Virus record (IMG/VR): IMGVR_UViG_3300005805_000443
Coordinates: 1-25,376 of that record
Reading direction: 5' to 3' (one strand)
Origin: a virus
Lineage: Duplodnaviria > Caudoviricetes
DNA length: 25,376 nucleotides
This document shows, piece by piece, positions 24,187 through 25,376 of this stretch (positions are counted from its first letter, which is position 1; each line of letters opens with the position of its first letter). The position numbers and the translations under genes are program-made. The notes beneath the pieces were generated by a model. That model was not told where the DNA came from, did no database searches, and was given only the letters and a program-made list of their open reading frames with translations.

Positions 24187-24575
24187 TGACAGTAGATATT
24201 AATGAAGCATACGCAAGAATAGACTATAAAATGCTCAAAGATTTGTCTGAAAAGATAAATTCTGTAGAGGAACAATTAACTAAATTAAAAAAATCATTTA
24301 GTTCTATTCAAGGTACGTTCAATGATTTAGAGAACCTAGCATTTTTTGCTGATAGAAAACTATTTAATAAGAATGATAAGTTAGAGTTCTCCTTTGGATC
24401 TAACTATAAGAATCCGCCAGTTGTAGTTTTAACTGCAGAAAATATGTCTCAGTCTACAGACAAAAATCCATATGTTTCTATTATAGAATTAACTAAAGAC
24501 AGGGTTAAGTTTAAGATAATTAATGCCGCCCCATCAACTAGAGTCCATTGTATTGCAATGGGCGAAACGGATTAA
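24186..24575 (+). CDS. Minor tail protein: coiled coil plus H-type-lectin / gp53-like C-terminal domain, 129 aa
   Basis: FSFGSNYKNPPVVVLT...VKFKI...VHCIAMG matches the F..P.V.....w.A.G pattern of such fibre-tip domains (by eye). Confidence 0.6.
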   Translation: MTVDINEAYARIDYKMLKDLSEKINSVEEQLTKLKKSFSSIQGTFNDLENLAFFADRKLFNKNDKLEFSFGSNYKNPPVVVLTAENMSQSTDKNPYVSIIELTKDRVKFKIINAAPSTRVHCIAMGETD

Positions 24576-24835
24576 TGAAATATAATCCTATTACTTTCTG
24601 GGATAAAAGAAAAAAAGTAATAAGAGATGGCTACGTTTTGATATGGGTTCCAGAACATCCCAAGTGCTTTGGAGGCGGCTGGTACTATGAGCATAGACTG
24701 GCTATGGAAAAAAAATATTGTAGAATATTAAAGGACTGGGAAACTGTACATCATATAAATGGTGACAAAGAATGCAACGAGGAGTATAATCTTTTCGTAT
24801 GTACCCGCGCTCAACATATGAAAGCGCATAAATAG
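24575..24835 (+). CDS. HNH endonuclease, 86 aa
   Basis: DGYV...YEHRLAME...VHHINGDKECNEEYNL...QHMKAH; ATG 24575 (TAATG coupling) preferred over the track start 24548. Confidence 0.88.
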   Translation: MKYNPITFWDKRKKVIRDGYVLIWVPEHPKCFGGGWYYEHRLAMEKKYCRILKDWETVHHINGDKECNEEYNLFVCTRAQHMKAHK

Positions 24836-24846
24836 ATAGGAATTTT

Positions 24847-25376
24847 ATGAATAACGACCTAAAGTGGATGATGGTTTCAGACGTTCACTTCCCTAGGCAC
24901 GACCCGCGTAAGGTAGATCTTTTCCTTAAGGTTATGAAATGGTTTAAGCCAGACGCAGTAGATTTGCTTGGTGATATTGACGATGCAGATTCCACTAGTA
25001 GGTGGGCAGCAGATAAGCCACTAGAAATGTCAATTTCTATAGACGACGGAGGAGTTCGTGAGACAAAGCAATTTCTTAAAGATATCAGAAAGATCGTCCC
25101 CAATGCTGATTGTCATTTTCACGATGGGAATCATGGCTGGACTCGCCACGGCGAGTACCTTGCTAAGAAAGCGCCACAGTTCCTTGAAATAATCACAGCA
25201 GACACGCTATATGATTACTCTAATGCGGGATTTGAATGGCATAATTGGAATGAGCCTCCAGTACAACGCTTTGGAGATATCTATGGTCACCATGGAGAGT
25301 CTATCTCTAAGCACGCTGGAGAGTCAGTACGCAATGACGTAAATAACTGGGGCGTATCTCTAGTGCGTGGACATTC
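24847..25376 (+). CDS. Calcineurin-like metallophosphoesterase, partial (runs off the window; missing from ORF track)
   Basis: MNNDLKWMMVSDVHFP...LLGDIDD...DGNHG...GHHGES...LVRGH: DxH, GDxxD, GNH, HG and GH motifs in the canonical order. Confidence 0.9.
   Translation, partial: MNNDLKWMMVSDVHFPRHDPRKVDLFLKVMKWFKPDAVDLLGDIDDADSTSRWAADKPLEMSISIDDGGVRETKQFLKDIRKIVPNADCHFHDGNHGWTRHGEYLAKKAPQFLEIITADTLYDYSNAGFEWHNWNEPPVQRFGDIYGHHGESISKHAGESVRNDVNNWGVSLVRGH

Noticed and set aside
398-25103. All minus-strand ORFs in the track and short alternative-frame plus ORFs (9636, 11775, 13650, 22412)
   Set aside because: They lie within or across long coherent plus-strand genes, show no recognisable motifs and read as antisense or frame shadows.
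1-25376. Stop-codon reassignment, tRNAs, integrase, DGR or lysis cassette
   Set aside because: The standard code gives near-complete gene tiling with TAA, TAG and TGA all used as stops; I saw no tRNA cloverleaf, recombinase, reverse transcriptase or holin.

Overview
An all-plus-strand, AT-rich neck/tail morphogenesis module of a long-tailed (siphovirus-type) phage. Gene order: partial head-closure gene, neck/tail-completion gene, tail terminator, major tail protein (with its own promoter, leader hairpin and terminator), tail assembly chaperone pair joined by a -1 frameshift (C-CCA-AAT at 2559-2565), a 3692-aa tape measure protein (TMP), Dit-like protein, a baseplate hub apparently split into two genes, fibre/adhesin genes with FN3 and Big-1 domains, small coiled-coil proteins, an HNH nuclease and a partial metallophosphoesterase. 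The layout resembles large actinobacterial siphoviruses; that is my recollection and was not searched. The most unusual element is the TMP C-terminal third. A duplicated 46-aa block (23/46 identical) brackets about 1300 aa of non-helical cargo: a pre-toxin-TG-like motif, an unrecognised ~500-aa region, a 13-aa tandem repeat, an HExxH zincin metallopeptidase and an NlpC/P60 peptidase, punctuated by repeated xxxGGx[hydrophobic] motifs. My hypothesis is that this TMP is a processed polyprotein delivering several effectors during DNA ejection. All domain calls are by eye.
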